A stretch of DNA of 64,000 nt from Verrucomicrobiota bacterium (GCA_047947115.1 CP170459.1:1280001-1344000), one strand, 5' to 3'. Numbered from the stretch's first letter, positions 1 to 10,029 are shown. Translations and numbers: made by a program. The notes: a model not told the origin generated them from the sequence alone.

Positions 1-14
1 CGGATAGCCACTAT

Positions 15-1436
15 TTGAAATTCCCGGATTTTGGTGGTGTGAAGCGAGGTATTTGTTGGGCGGATTTGAATGGAGATCAGCAGCCCGATTGTCTGGCAGC
101 GGATCTAGACGCCGGTTTGATTCATGTTTATTTATCCAATGGCCATGGCCGTTGGGATCAGCCCAGGACCTTTCCATCCCTGACCGGCGTCCAGGAACTT
201 GTATCATTTGATTGGGACGGAGACAAAGTGGCCGAGGTGTTTGTATTGAGTCGGGATGAGAATCAGATCGGTGTGTCCAAGTGGAATTCCGGCAATCAAT
301 CCTTATCCTACCCTGAGCGAATTCCCGGTCTGGTCAATCCGCTCGTCATGACTTCTGGTCTGCATGGCAATGATCGATACCTTGTGGTCCTGTTGGAAAA
401 GGACGGAGCTTGGGAACTGGCCGAGGTGGATCATCAGTTCGAGTTGACCACGCAATCTTTCGAGAAAAAGCATAGTGGTCATCCCGAGAGATTGATGGAG
501 CATGACATGGATCAGGATGGGGTGGAGGATTTTATTGTATTCACCCCGTATGAACCGCTGGCTTGTTTTCGTCGACAAGGCGGTGGTGGCGCATTTGAAC
601 TGTTTGATTTGTCACTTCCGGGAGGGACTTGGCAGCGCGGATGGGCCAATGTCGGGGACTTGAATTCGGACGGAGTGGCCGATTTGATTCTGCCGTTCAA
701 CAATTTGATCCGGGCTTTCAAGATGGCACCGGTTCGGGAGAGCCATGCGTCTGCTGAAGGAACCACACAGTGGGAGCTTCAGGTAGTGCAGCAAATCAAT
801 GGTCCAACCGGAAACTCGCATTTGCTGTCCGGTTTGGTGTTGGCGTCTTACGGGGAACAAACTGCAAAGGTGCTATTGTTGGATGAAGCGGAGAACCAGT
901 TGCATCTGGCGCTTCAGGACAGCATGGGCGTTTGGAGGATTCAGGAGAGCCAGAAGCTGTTTTTAGAATCCGGTTTGCAGTTGTCCCAGCTCGAAATACA
1001 AGATTCCGTTAAAGGGCCTCGGATTCTTTGCCAGGGAAAACAAGATGCGTTGGTGCTGGATCTGGGGACGCGTCAACCGGAATTGCTGTCTTTGAGTTCA
1101 CTGCGGTCCGAGACCAAAAATGCACAGTATCTGCGGGTTTATGGGGCAGATTTTAATGGGGACAATCAACTGGAGTTGTTTGGTTTGGAATCCCGGGAAC
1201 ATGCCGTTGAGTGCGTGGCATGGGGAAGTCAGAATATTTTGAAGCCACTGAATCGCTGGCAGGTTTTTGAATCCAGGAGTTACCGGAACCAGGGCGCCGC
1301 TTTTCCTGAGCCACGGGAAGGGCTTATTCAGGACCTGACCGGGGATGGGCTGTTGGATTTTTGTCTGATCGTGCATGATCGGATTATTTTATATCCTCAG
1401 AGAGATTCATGGAACGAGCAGACATCCGGGCAATAA
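15..1436 (+). CDS. FG-GAP/VCBS repeat beta-propeller protein (probably 5'-truncated by window edge)
   Basis: Six DxNxDG-type repeats (ADLNGDQQPD, DWDGDKVAE, DMDQDGVED, GDLNSDGVAD, ADFNGDNQLE, DLTGDGLLD); frame is open to the window start. Confidence 0.75.
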   Translation: MKFPDFGGVKRGICWADLNGDQQPDCLAADLDAGLIHVYLSNGHGRWDQPRTFPSLTGVQELVSFDWDGDKVAEVFVLSRDENQIGVSKWNSGNQSLSYPERIPGLVNPLVMTSGLHGNDRYLVVLLEKDGAWELAEVDHQFELTTQSFEKKHSGHPERLMEHDMDQDGVEDFIVFTPYEPLACFRRQGGGGAFELFDLSLPGGTWQRGWANVGDLNSDGVADLILPFNNLIRAFKMAPVRESHASAEGTTQWELQVVQQINGPTGNSHLLSGLVLASYGEQTAKVLLLDEAENQLHLALQDSMGVWRIQESQKLFLESGLQLSQLEIQDSVKGPRILCQGKQDALVLDLGTRQPELLSLSSLRSETKNAQYLRVYGADFNGDNQLELFGLESREHAVECVAWGSQNILKPLNRWQVFESRSYRNQGAAFPEPREGLIQDLTGDGLLDFCLIVHDRIILYPQRDSWNEQTSGQ

Positions 1437-2134
1437 ATCCCTCGGCCCGTACCGTTCAAGAGCACCTCCTCTGGGACGAGTATATCCTTAGAGCATGTGA
1501 TCGGGGAAAATTGGGTCCCACATTGAGGTTTTGGAAAGTCTGCGAGCCGGCTGTGGTGCTTGGATATTCCGGCAAGATCCATCGCGAGGTTAGGTTGGAA
1601 GTGTGTCGAAAAATGGGAATCCCGGTGGTTCGGCGCACAAGTGGAGGTGGAACAGTTTTGTTGGATCCCGGAAGTTTGAATTACAGTTTGGTGCTGCCCA
1701 TGCATTGGCATCCGTCACTCATTTCCGTCAGTTCTACCAATCAATTCATCATGAATCGGCATCAGTTGGCGATTGCTGCCTTGACAGGTGAGGTGGTGGA
1801 TCTGGAAGGAGACACCGATCTCGCCATTCGTGGCAGAAAGGTCTCGGGCAATGCGCAGCGTCGCATGAAATCGGCCATTCTCTTCCATGGAACTTTCCTT
1901 TGTGAGATCAACCACGACCTCATGGAGCAGGTGTTGCCCTGTCCAGACCGACAGCCAAAGTATCGAAAAGGTAGAAAACACATTCATTTTTTGAGAAAAT
2001 TGTCATTTGATGAGATATTGGTCCGTCAGTCTATTCAGGATTGTTGGCATTGCTCAGGAGATCAACCATTTGAATGGGTGGTGGACCAGTCTCTGATGAG
2101 GGAAGCTGAAGAGCGTTTTGTGCGGGAATCGTGA
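1409..2134 (+). CDS. Lipoate-protein ligase A family protein
   Basis: VVRRTSGGGTV, RKVSGNAQRR and LFHGTFL motifs. Confidence 0.85.
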   Translation: MERADIRAINPSARTVQEHLLWDEYILRACDRGKLGPTLRFWKVCEPAVVLGYSGKIHREVRLEVCRKMGIPVVRRTSGGGTVLLDPGSLNYSLVLPMHWHPSLISVSSTNQFIMNRHQLAIAALTGEVVDLEGDTDLAIRGRKVSGNAQRRMKSAILFHGTFLCEINHDLMEQVLPCPDRQPKYRKGRKHIHFLRKLSFDEILVRQSIQDCWHCSGDQPFEWVVDQSLMREAEERFVRES

Positions 2135-2225
2135 TCCGTTTCATCAACGTTGGACCATTCAGGATAAAAAAGTTACAAGAATAATAACAGGGGTTTGGAT
2201 TTGGTTTTACAAGGAACCGAAGAAA

Positions 2226-2241
2226 CGGCATGATCCGTGCT
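2226..2241 (+). promoter_or_regulatory. Candidate sigma54 (-24/-12) promoter of the polysaccharide export operon
   Basis: cGGCATGatccgTGCt has exact GG-N10-GC spacing, 23 nt before ATG 2264. Confidence 0.5.
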
Positions 2242-2263
2242 TTGTAGGGGGAATTATCACAAT

Positions 2264-3511
2264 ATGCGAAAAAAGCATAAGAACAGATTCAAAACGACCC
2301 AAAGTGCATGGGTGCTGGGAGGTTTGGCGGGTATGGGCTTGCAGGCCCAAGCCGTTGAACCCGATGATGTGTTGCATTTTAAGGTTGGGAATGTCCATAT
2401 CCGGCCGCAGTTCGGCACCGGGTTGAATTATAACGACAACATCTTTTTTCGCAGCACGAACCCTGCCGACACGGTTTTATTCGGACCAAAGGAAGGGGAT
2501 TTGATTGCGAATGTGAATCCAGGTGTTTCCTTCACCCTGGGGCGAAACGAGATCAATACCCTTTCACTCACTTATCGGCATGACCATCGGTTCTATACAG
2601 ATCACTCGGAAGTCAGTTCAGGAGATCACGCTCTGAGTCTGGCTGGCGCTGTCACCAGCGGCAAAGTGCGGATTTCAACGGACCATTCATTGAGCTACTT
2701 AACGGGTATACAAGGGGGAAATAGTTTGATCATACAACAAAATGATCGCGTCCAACTTCAAGACCAGCTGCGTGTCAGCCTAGATGTGACCCCCAAGAGT
2801 GACATTTACGTCGACGGTTCATACAGTTTGACGGATCAGGATGAAAGTTCTCAGTTTTCAGATTTCAATTCATGGCGTACTGCTGGCGGATATGGATTCA
2901 AATACAGTGAAAACCTCAGATTTTTCAGTCAATTAAGCTATGGAGTTCAGGAAACCAGTGCACAGTCGGGAAATTCCCGAGAGTGGGATTTCATAGGCGG
3001 CAGCTTTGGCGCGGAAGGCAATTTTACGGAAAAACTAACCGGAACCCTTCAGTTTGGCTATCAGCGGCGTAGTTCTGACATAACCGGAGCCAGTGACGGC
3101 GCCCCTACTGTGACCGCCGAATTGGAACAAATACTTGGTGATCGCACGATGGTGGCCTTGTCCTACAGCCGCGTCAACCAAGTCAACATGGATGCCTTTG
3201 ATACCGCATCCGTGTCGGATTCGTTTCGTCTGACATTGCGACGAGCGTTGGGAAATCGAGAAAAATGGTTTGCCTCCGTTTACGGGAGTTACTACCAGAA
3301 TGACTTTTCTGGTTCGGGAGGCGGTTCTCAGGGGCGTTCGGACACATCGATGGGGTTCGGGGCCGCTTTGGACTACCGCATTCAGGAATGGATGACCACC
3401 CAGTTCAGCTATTCCTTCGCCGATTTTTCAGCTGATCTGCCATTCTCATCGAGGAGTTCTGTTGACTATCAAGTAAATCAGGTTAATCTATCTGCCAAAT
3501 TTGGCTTCTAA
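2264..3511 (+). CDS. Outer-membrane beta-barrel protein, polysaccharide-export associated
   Basis: Signal peptide, amphipathic beta-strand pattern, C-terminal Phe (LSAKFGF), directly upstream of OPX and Wzc; start moved to ATG 2264. Confidence 0.75.
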   Translation: MRKKHKNRFKTTQSAWVLGGLAGMGLQAQAVEPDDVLHFKVGNVHIRPQFGTGLNYNDNIFFRSTNPADTVLFGPKEGDLIANVNPGVSFTLGRNEINTLSLTYRHDHRFYTDHSEVSSGDHALSLAGAVTSGKVRISTDHSLSYLTGIQGGNSLIIQQNDRVQLQDQLRVSLDVTPKSDIYVDGSYSLTDQDESSQFSDFNSWRTAGGYGFKYSENLRFFSQLSYGVQETSAQSGNSREWDFIGGSFGAEGNFTEKLTGTLQFGYQRRSSDITGASDGAPTVTAELEQILGDRTMVALSYSRVNQVNMDAFDTASVSDSFRLTLRRALGNREKWFASVYGSYYQNDFSGSGGGSQGRSDTSMGFGAALDYRIQEWMTTQFSYSFADFSADLPFSSRSSVDYQVNQVNLSAKFGF

Positions 3512-3514
3512 ATC

Positions 3515-4093
3515 ATGAAATCCTTTTCCTATTTTTTCATTCAGCTCACACTTGGGATCCTTATGGTTTCTGAAACCTTGTTGGCTCAGTCTCCAATGGC
3601 TTCTGATTATAAAGTGAAGCCGGAGGATTTGTTAAGCATCGAGGTGTTCAGAGAGCCAGATCTGACGGTTCCAGCAGTCCGTGTTGAGGCCTCTGGAACG
3701 ATTACCATGTATTTGCTCGATGAAATTCCCGTGGCGGGACGAACCGTGCGCGAGATTCAGGATGATATTGCGAAGAGGTTAAAGGATGGTTACATCAAGA
3801 ATCCTCAGGTCAAGGTTCAGGTTGAATTTACAGATCAGTTTTTTACAATTATTGGAGAGGTGGTTATCGACGGGATGTACGAACTCCCCAACGAGAAACG
3901 AATGGATTTGACCGAAGCTATTGCCAAGGCCAACGGTTTCACTCCGAACGCCAAGAAATCCCGAATCGAACTATGGCGAAGCGGAGAAAAGAAAACTTAC
4001 GATTTTGACGAGCTGCTGCAAATCAAAGAAGATGAGAATAAGATCTTCATTCGACCAGGGGACAAAATCGTCGTGCCGGCTCGATTCTTTTAA
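3515..4093 (+). CDS. Polysaccharide biosynthesis/export protein (short OPX, Wza-like)
   Basis: Poly_export motif YKVKPEDLLSIEVFREPDL...GTITMYLLDEIPVAGRT...YIKNPQV followed by an SLBB domain. Confidence 0.85.
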   Translation: MKSFSYFFIQLTLGILMVSETLLAQSPMASDYKVKPEDLLSIEVFREPDLTVPAVRVEASGTITMYLLDEIPVAGRTVREIQDDIAKRLKDGYIKNPQVKVQVEFTDQFFTIIGEVVIDGMYELPNEKRMDLTEAIAKANGFTPNAKKSRIELWRSGEKKTYDFDELLQIKEDENKIFIRPGDKIVVPARFF

Positions 4094-4117
4094 TCAATAA
4101 CCCTATCTCATTTTTGC

Positions 4118-6319
4118 ATGGAACCGAACGCCCCATCTGGAAACACTGAATTTTCCGCCTCAGAGAGCTTGAATCTGCGTCATTACTGGCATGTTATGCT
4201 TGAACGCAGATGGCTCGTGATCACCGCCTTTATCTCGGTTTTCATCCTGAGCATCATCTATCTCGTCAAGGCAACCCCGATCTATCAGGCGACAGCGATA
4301 CTTCAAATCAACAAGGAGTCGAACAGTGTCATGGATATCGGGGCTCCGATCGTTTTTAATTCCAACGATCAGGAGTATTTGCAGACCCAATATAAGAACT
4401 TGGTCAGCCGCTCCTTGATTGAATCTGTGGTGGAGGATCTGGATTTAAAAAAGGACGAACGTTATGTGGATGCTCAAGATACCGTTCGAGCTGTTAGAGA
4501 CGATATTTCAATATCCCCTGTGAGACTCAGTCGCTTGGTGGAAGTTTCTGTCGAGCATCCTTCGCCCAGAGTGGCTGCAGAAATAACCAACAAGCTCTTG
4601 CAGAATTTTTTGGCTCTCAACCAGGACCAGAAGCGTGATCGAGCATTGGATTCCTACAACTTTCTCACTTCTCAGGTGCAGGGACTGGCGAACGATGTCC
4701 GCCAGGCTCGAAGAGCTGTTTTCGATTTTCGTAAAAAAGAACAAATGCCTTCTCTGGAAGAAAGTCAGAATACCCTGAAGGCTCAGCTTGATCAGGCCAA
4801 TGCGAATTACCTGCAAGCACAGGAAGAGGCGGTTCAGGCCCAGCAGAGACTTGACACGGTTAATAATTTGATTGCCGAGATGAAATCGGAAAACCGTGAG
4901 CTGGACATTTCTTCCATCCCTGAAATCGCGAGTTCCGTCATTATCCAGGGTCTCCGAATTGATCGAGCAAGAGCTCAAGCCGAATTAGCCAAGTTGGAGG
5001 AGCGATATCTGGAAAAGTGGCCTGCCGTCAAAGAGGCAAAGGAGCAAATAGAGGAATATACCAATCGTATTCAGGAACAGGCCCAATACGAACTCGAGGC
5101 GCTCAAGACAGCCGCTCGTTTTTCGAGAGCGAAAGCTGATCGGGCCAAGGCTTCCTACGAGTTGGCTCAGCGGGAGATGAGCCGCCTGAACGAACTTAAG
5201 GTGGAATATGACAACCTCGTCATGGAGCAGGAGCAAAGCGAGCAGATTTATTTGACGATGCTTGGTAAAACTAAGGAAATGGACCTGAATACTAAGGACA
5301 TGTACCAGAATCTGGTTATTGTTGACCAAGCCATCGTTCCGTTTAGTCCTGTCAAACCCAGGAAGGCTCTCACACTTCTTCTGGGGATGATTGGTGGCAT
5401 GGGATTGGGTTTCGCTTTGGCCTTCTTCGCGAATTATCTGGATGACTCGGTCAAGAGTCAGGACGATGTAGAAACTTACCTCAAATTGAACTTTTTGGGG
5501 TATATTCCCAACATCAAATCCAATTCTCTGGTGGAACGCGATCAACAGGCGCATCTCCATCCGCAGTCCAATGCGGCGGAGGGATTCAGAACAGTCCGGG
5601 CAGCGATTTCACTCGTTCACAAATCGGACAAGTTCAAAGTATTGGCCTTCACCAGTACGATTCCATCTGAAGGAAAATCGCTGGTCACTTCCAATCTGGC
5701 CATTGTGACCGCTCAGACAGGGGTCAGAACCTTGTTGATCGATGCCGACCTGCGTCGTCCATCCATGCACAAGGCATTTCAGATGCAGAGCCCTGTTGGA
5801 CTATCAGCCTATCTAACTGGACAGGTGACAGATGTCGATGAGATCATCCGTAAAACCGAGATTCCGAATCTGGATATCATGTGTTGTGGAGCGGTTCCTG
5901 ATAACCCCTCTGAATTGGTCGGATCCAAGAAAATGGGAGAATTGCTGAACGCTGTGAGGGACAAGTATGATCGTGTTTTCGTTGATTGTCCCCCTGTTTC
6001 GGCTGTGAGTGATCCTCTGATGGTGGCTTCAAGAACGGACGGCATTGTGTTTGTCACCAAATTCAACAAGATCCGTCGGGATCATGCACGCCGCACTGTC
6101 CAACGTATTCAGGATGCTGGAGTGTTTATTCTGGGGAATGTCATCAACGATATTGATTTCGAAGGTAAGGATTCTTACTATTATTCCTACTACTACTACC
6201 AGAATCGCTACTACGCATCCTATTACAGTAATGAAAAGAATCAGAAAGGCGGCAAGTCTGACAAAGGCAACCTCGCCACCAAGGGAAAAGGCAAACAGGA
6301 TGACCAATCGGCTGCCTGA
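4118..6319 (+). CDS. wzc: Polysaccharide co-polymerase / BY-kinase (Wzc/GumC family)
   Basis: Two TM segments, coiled coil, Walker A STIPSEGKS, IDADLRRP, VDCPP, C-terminal cluster of 11 Tyr. Confidence 0.9.
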   Translation: MEPNAPSGNTEFSASESLNLRHYWHVMLERRWLVITAFISVFILSIIYLVKATPIYQATAILQINKESNSVMDIGAPIVFNSNDQEYLQTQYKNLVSRSLIESVVEDLDLKKDERYVDAQDTVRAVRDDISISPVRLSRLVEVSVEHPSPRVAAEITNKLLQNFLALNQDQKRDRALDSYNFLTSQVQGLANDVRQARRAVFDFRKKEQMPSLEESQNTLKAQLDQANANYLQAQEEAVQAQQRLDTVNNLIAEMKSENRELDISSIPEIASSVIIQGLRIDRARAQAELAKLEERYLEKWPAVKEAKEQIEEYTNRIQEQAQYELEALKTAARFSRAKADRAKASYELAQREMSRLNELKVEYDNLVMEQEQSEQIYLTMLGKTKEMDLNTKDMYQNLVIVDQAIVPFSPVKPRKALTLLLGMIGGMGLGFALAFFANYLDDSVKSQDDVETYLKLNFLGYIPNIKSNSLVERDQQAHLHPQSNAAEGFRTVRAAISLVHKSDKFKVLAFTSTIPSEGKSLVTSNLAIVTAQTGVRTLLIDADLRRPSMHKAFQMQSPVGLSAYLTGQVTDVDEIIRKTEIPNLDIMCCGAVPDNPSELVGSKKMGELLNAVRDKYDRVFVDCPPVSAVSDPLMVASRTDGIVFVTKFNKIRRDHARRTVQRIQDAGVFILGNVINDIDFEGKDSYYYSYYYYQNRYYASYYSNEKNQKGGKSDKGNLATKGKGKQDDQSAA

Positions 6320-6338
6320 ACAAGGCTGGCAATTGGGA

Positions 6339-7295
6339 TTAGGGAGTGGTTTTCGGTGTTGCCAGTGCTTTTGAAATGGTTGCGATGTTGTGCCCGACCC
6401 AACCTTCATAGGTACCAAGGTCGAATCTCAACCCCTTGTAGGATTCAATCTCTCCGGTCGTTCCCAGGGCATCAGAAAAGAGTTCACCGCCAATTTTTGT
6501 GCCCGAATCTTCGCTGATGCGTTTGATCGTAGCCGGTGACACACTTGATTCCACAAAAACAGCCGGGACATTTCTGGACTTGATAAAATCGACGATATGG
6601 ATGATGTCAGCCAATGGCGCTTCCGCTACAGTTGAGATTCCTTGTACCCCGACCACTTGCAGACCGAAGGCGTTTCCAAAGTAGTTGAATGCGTCATGAC
6701 TGGTTACCAAAACCCGTTTTTCCGTGGCAATTCCGTTGATTTGTTCCATACCCCAGCTGATCAATTTATCCAGCCTTTTGATGTAAGCATCCCGGTTGGC
6801 TTGATAGGTTTGCTTGCCGGAAGGGTCATGTTTGATAAGGATGGTGGTTATGGTTTCAACGCATTTCGTCCATAATCTCGGATCCCCCCAAATATGCGGG
6901 TCCCAATGCCCTTGTACGTTCGCTGGTTTCAATAACTTGCTATGAGCGATGTTTTCCGTCACAGCAAACACGGCTTTACCCTGCTTGTTTAAACGGTCCA
7001 GAAGATCTGACATTTTTCCTTCCAGCAGCAGTCCGTTGTAGAAGACAAGTTTGGCTCTGGAAAGTTTCAAGACATCAGAAGCAGCCGGCTTGTAGAGATG
7101 AGGGTCAACACCCGGCCCCATCAAACCTTCCACAGACACACGATCACCACCAATTTGTTTGACCGTATCGGTGATCATGGTCGTGGTTGTCACGATGTTG
7201 AGTGCCGCACCATGTAAACAACTGGAATTTAGGACAAAAAAGCTCATGCAAAACAACATCGAACGACCAAAAACCCAACTGAAGGAAGTTATCAT
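6339..7295 (-). CDS. Mn/Zn/Fe ABC transporter substrate-binding protein (TroA/MntA family)
   Basis: GPGVDPHLY, DPHIW, SHDAFNYF and LFSDALG metal-ligand motifs. Confidence 0.9.
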   Translation of the reverse strand: MITSFSWVFGRSMLFCMSFFVLNSSCLHGAALNIVTTTTMITDTVKQIGGDRVSVEGLMGPGVDPHLYKPAASDVLKLSRAKLVFYNGLLLEGKMSDLLDRLNKQGKAVFAVTENIAHSKLLKPANVQGHWDPHIWGDPRLWTKCVETITTILIKHDPSGKQTYQANRDAYIKRLDKLISWGMEQINGIATEKRVLVTSHDAFNYFGNAFGLQVVGVQGISTVAEAPLADIIHIVDFIKSRNVPAVFVESSVSPATIKRISEDSGTKIGGELFSDALGTTGEIESYKGLRFDLGTYEGWVGHNIATISKALATPKTTP

Positions 7296-7334
7296 GGTGC
7301 CAAGTTAGTGGAAAAAATAATTGAATCAAGAAAT

Positions 7335-7356
7335 AAAGTTAGACTAATCTATGTTT
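7335..7356. promoter_or_regulatory. Candidate DtxR/MntR-family operator
   Basis: 22-bp imperfect palindrome AAAGTTAGACTAATCTATGTTT, about 40 bp upstream of the TroA-like gene. Confidence 0.55.
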
Positions 7357-7401
7357 TTTAAGAAGCCAATTATTCCATGCCTGGCCTGACGAACCCTCCT
7401 G

Positions 7402-8721
7402 TTATTTGTCCTGAATACGATAAAGATGTGTTTTGCTGCGTAGGATCAAGGCCTGATCGATAACGGCAGGAGAAGCCATGAATCCGGACCCCAATTCATT
7501 GATTCCAACAATTTCAAACGTTTCGGAAGCTTTAATGATGGTGGTTTTTCCTTCCTCACTGAAGAGATATATCAAATTGCTCCACAAAAGCGGTGAAGCT
7601 GAATAATTTCCACCCACTCTTTCTTGCCAAATGGGATTTCCGGAATGTGCGTCAATGCATGAAGCCACACCTCCGTCGTGGATCATATAAATCTTATCAT
7701 CATTGAAAATGAGCGAGGGCTTATTGGGAACGCTTCTTTTGAGTCGCCAGGAAACATGGGTATCAGTGACATTGCCTAAGCCGCCTGGCTGGACTGCCCA
7801 AAGTTCTCCTTTGGAAAATCCGGTGCAATAATAGATGCTATCATTGGAGACAGTCGGTCGAGTACTGGCTGAATGTCCGATTCTGGATTCAGTTCTCCAT
7901 AATTCATTGCCTGTGATAGGATCGTAACCATACAGAGCCTTTGATCCAATGCTTAAAAGTGTAGGGATTCCATTAAAAACAGCAACATGAGGTGTGGAGA
8001 AACCCTTGCGCCAGTCACCATCAGCCTCAGGCTTTCCGTTCGCATCCAGATCCATGTAGTCAATGGAGCGCTGCGTGCGCCATCTGGTTTCCCCGCTGGC
8101 CTTGTCGAGAGCGATGGTGAACTGGTGGTCGCTTCCATCGAAATTCATAATCAGCAGATTGTTGTATAAAATTGGAGAAGATCCTGCACCCCTGAAATGA
8201 TTGCATTCTATGTCATCTCGTTCCCATATTACCTTTCCGGTCTCACCGTCCAGACAGGCCGTTCCCGGGCTGCCAAAGGTGATGAATACGTGTCGATTGT
8301 CTACAACTGGGGTTGGAGAGGCATAGGAATTAAATTTGTGCGCAAATTGCGGGGCATCAATTGTGAAAAGTTGCTGATCCATTAAAATCGCTCCGGATGA
8401 GGCATCTATAGCGATGGCGAAAAGGTTTTTTCCATCTTCGGAGGCGGTTGTGACCCATACTTTGTCCTTCTGGATAACAGGCGAGGACCACCCCCGGTCA
8501 TGGATAGGTGTTTTCCAGGCGACATTATGCTGTTCATTCCATTGTGTTGGAAGAGATTTTGCAGAAGTGATGCCCTGACCGGTAGGGCCTCTGAACTGAT
8601 TCCAGGATTCTGCTGTCAATCTGTCTGAAAAGACCGAGGTTACCCAAATCAACAAGCAGTAGCATAAAGAAAACTTTAAACAATCACCGGGTTTCATGGA
8701 AGGATTCATGACCGAAAGCAC
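7402..8721 (-). CDS. PQQ-binding-like beta-propeller repeat protein
   Basis: WNQFRGPTGQG N-terminus, repeated SSP / GxxxW blades, typical of PVC genomes. Confidence 0.85.
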   Translation of the reverse strand: MLSVMNPSMKPGDCLKFSLCYCLLIWVTSVFSDRLTAESWNQFRGPTGQGITSAKSLPTQWNEQHNVAWKTPIHDRGWSSPVIQKDKVWVTTASEDGKNLFAIAIDASSGAILMDQQLFTIDAPQFAHKFNSYASPTPVVDNRHVFITFGSPGTACLDGETGKVIWERDDIECNHFRGAGSSPILYNNLLIMNFDGSDHQFTIALDKASGETRWRTQRSIDYMDLDANGKPEADGDWRKGFSTPHVAVFNGIPTLLSIGSKALYGYDPITGNELWRTESRIGHSASTRPTVSNDSIYYCTGFSKGELWAVQPGGLGNVTDTHVSWRLKRSVPNKPSLIFNDDKIYMIHDGGVASCIDAHSGNPIWQERVGGNYSASPLLWSNLIYLFSEEGKTTIIKASETFEIVGINELGSGFMASPAVIDQALILRSKTHLYRIQDK

Positions 8722-8862
8722 TTCTGGAGGCCAGCTTTTTTTGGGAAGTTATTTTGAAAATAAATTGAAATAATCTTGGTTTTCCGGTGTCATTACGTTT
8801 ATTGACAGCCACACTCCGTGGGTGGACAGAATAGAAGAACCGAAACAAATAAAGTTAAATCT

Positions 8863-9696
8863 ATGAAGCAAATTCTAGCCGTATTATCCGTTGTTGCCGT
8901 CGTCGCCTCCTTGCAGGTGATTGGTGGTGACAAGAAGGGAGCTTGTTCCAGTTGCCCAAGCGCAAAAACCGCCGTGGGAGCCACTGCAGCAACTGAAGGT
9001 TCCGCATGTGCCGCATCCAAAACTGAAGTGGGCAGTGAAGCCAAATCCGAATGTGCATCCGGATCCTGTGAAAAAGGCAAAACCGCCGTGGGTGAAACTG
9101 CCGCATCTGAAGGAGCCGCTTGCGACGCTTCCAAGGCCAAGGTTGGCACAGAGGCAAAATCCGATTGCGGATCCTGTGAAAAGGGTAAAACTGCTGTGGG
9201 CGAACAAGCCAAATCAGATTGTAGCTCCTGCGAATCTTCCAAGACCGCAGTTGGAGAAAAAGCCAAAGCAGAATGCAGCCAGAAAACACTGACGTTCAAG
9301 GTGGGTGGAGCAGCTTGTGAAGAGTCCTGCGGCAACTTGGTCAAGACATTGACCAGCATCAAGGGCATCAGTACCGCTGAGTCTTGCTCTAAGAGCTCCA
9401 TGACCAAAATTTCCTACGATCCTGCCACGGTGAAATCCGAACAAATCGCCGCTGCTATCGTAAAGGCTGGATACAAAATCGAGGGTCAGCAGGTTTCCTT
9501 GCCTGTGGAAGGTATGGCTTGTGAAGCATGTTCAACCAAGGTTGGCAAAACCTTGACCAGCTTGGAAGGTGTGATCAGTGGTTCGGCTTGTCACGAAAGC
9601 AAGAAAGCCACCGTGCTCTACGATCCTGCAAAAGTGAAAGAGCAGCAGATCGTTGCCGCCATCAATGGCGCCGGTTTCAAGGCTTCCGCTCAATAA
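8863..9696 (+). CDS. Exported heavy-metal-associated (HMA) protein with Cys-rich tandem repeats
   Basis: Signal peptide, six ~18-aa repeats ending KxxVG, two HMA domains (GAACEESC, GMACEAC). Confidence 0.8.
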   Translation: MKQILAVLSVVAVVASLQVIGGDKKGACSSCPSAKTAVGATAATEGSACAASKTEVGSEAKSECASGSCEKGKTAVGETAASEGAACDASKAKVGTEAKSDCGSCEKGKTAVGEQAKSDCSSCESSKTAVGEKAKAECSQKTLTFKVGGAACEESCGNLVKTLTSIKGISTAESCSKSSMTKISYDPATVKSEQIAAAIVKAGYKIEGQQVSLPVEGMACEACSTKVGKTLTSLEGVISGSACHESKKATVLYDPAKVKEQQIVAAINGAGFKASAQ

Positions 9697-9727
9697 GGCA
9701 ATTTAAAATCAATTGAATCAAAATCAG

Positions 9728-9758
9728 AAAAGCGTCCTCTCGTGAGGGCGCTTTTTTT
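9728..9758. terminator. Bidirectional intrinsic terminator
   Basis: AAAAGCGTCCTC-tcgt-GAGGGCGCTTTTTTT between convergent genes. Confidence 0.8.
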
Positions 9759-10029
9759 ATAGCAACATCTTTACGCCCTCAACTGATCGAATGGCTTGGT
9801 CTATTTCCAGCATTCGATCATGTGTTTCCACCATCAAAGAAACTTCAAAGCTGATGTATTTTCCTTTTTTGGATCGATTGGCTGGTTGAAAAGCGATGTC
9901 CTCAAGGCCGATTTCAACCAAAGCCAGATTCAAGTTTTTATGAATGCCCATCAAATCTATGCAAATGACCTTAAAATGGCACTCGGCTGGGAACAACGAT
10001 TCCTTTTCTTCTTTGGTCAACTCTCTCAT
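9757..10029 (-). CDS. DUF493/YbeD family protein
   Basis: FPAECHFKVI and SKKGKYISF motifs, ends VKMLL; start set at MRELTKEE. Confidence 0.8.
   Translation of the reverse strand: MRELTKEEKESLFPAECHFKVICIDLMGIHKNLNLALVEIGLEDIAFQPANRSKKGKYISFEVSLMVETHDRMLEIDQAIRSVEGVKMLL

Noticed and set aside
6170..6230. TAC/TAT microsatellite-like tract
   Set aside because: It encodes the normal Wzc tyrosine cluster.
8799..9407. 202-aa repetitive minus-strand ORF
   Set aside because: It is the antisense mirror of the HMA repeat gene.
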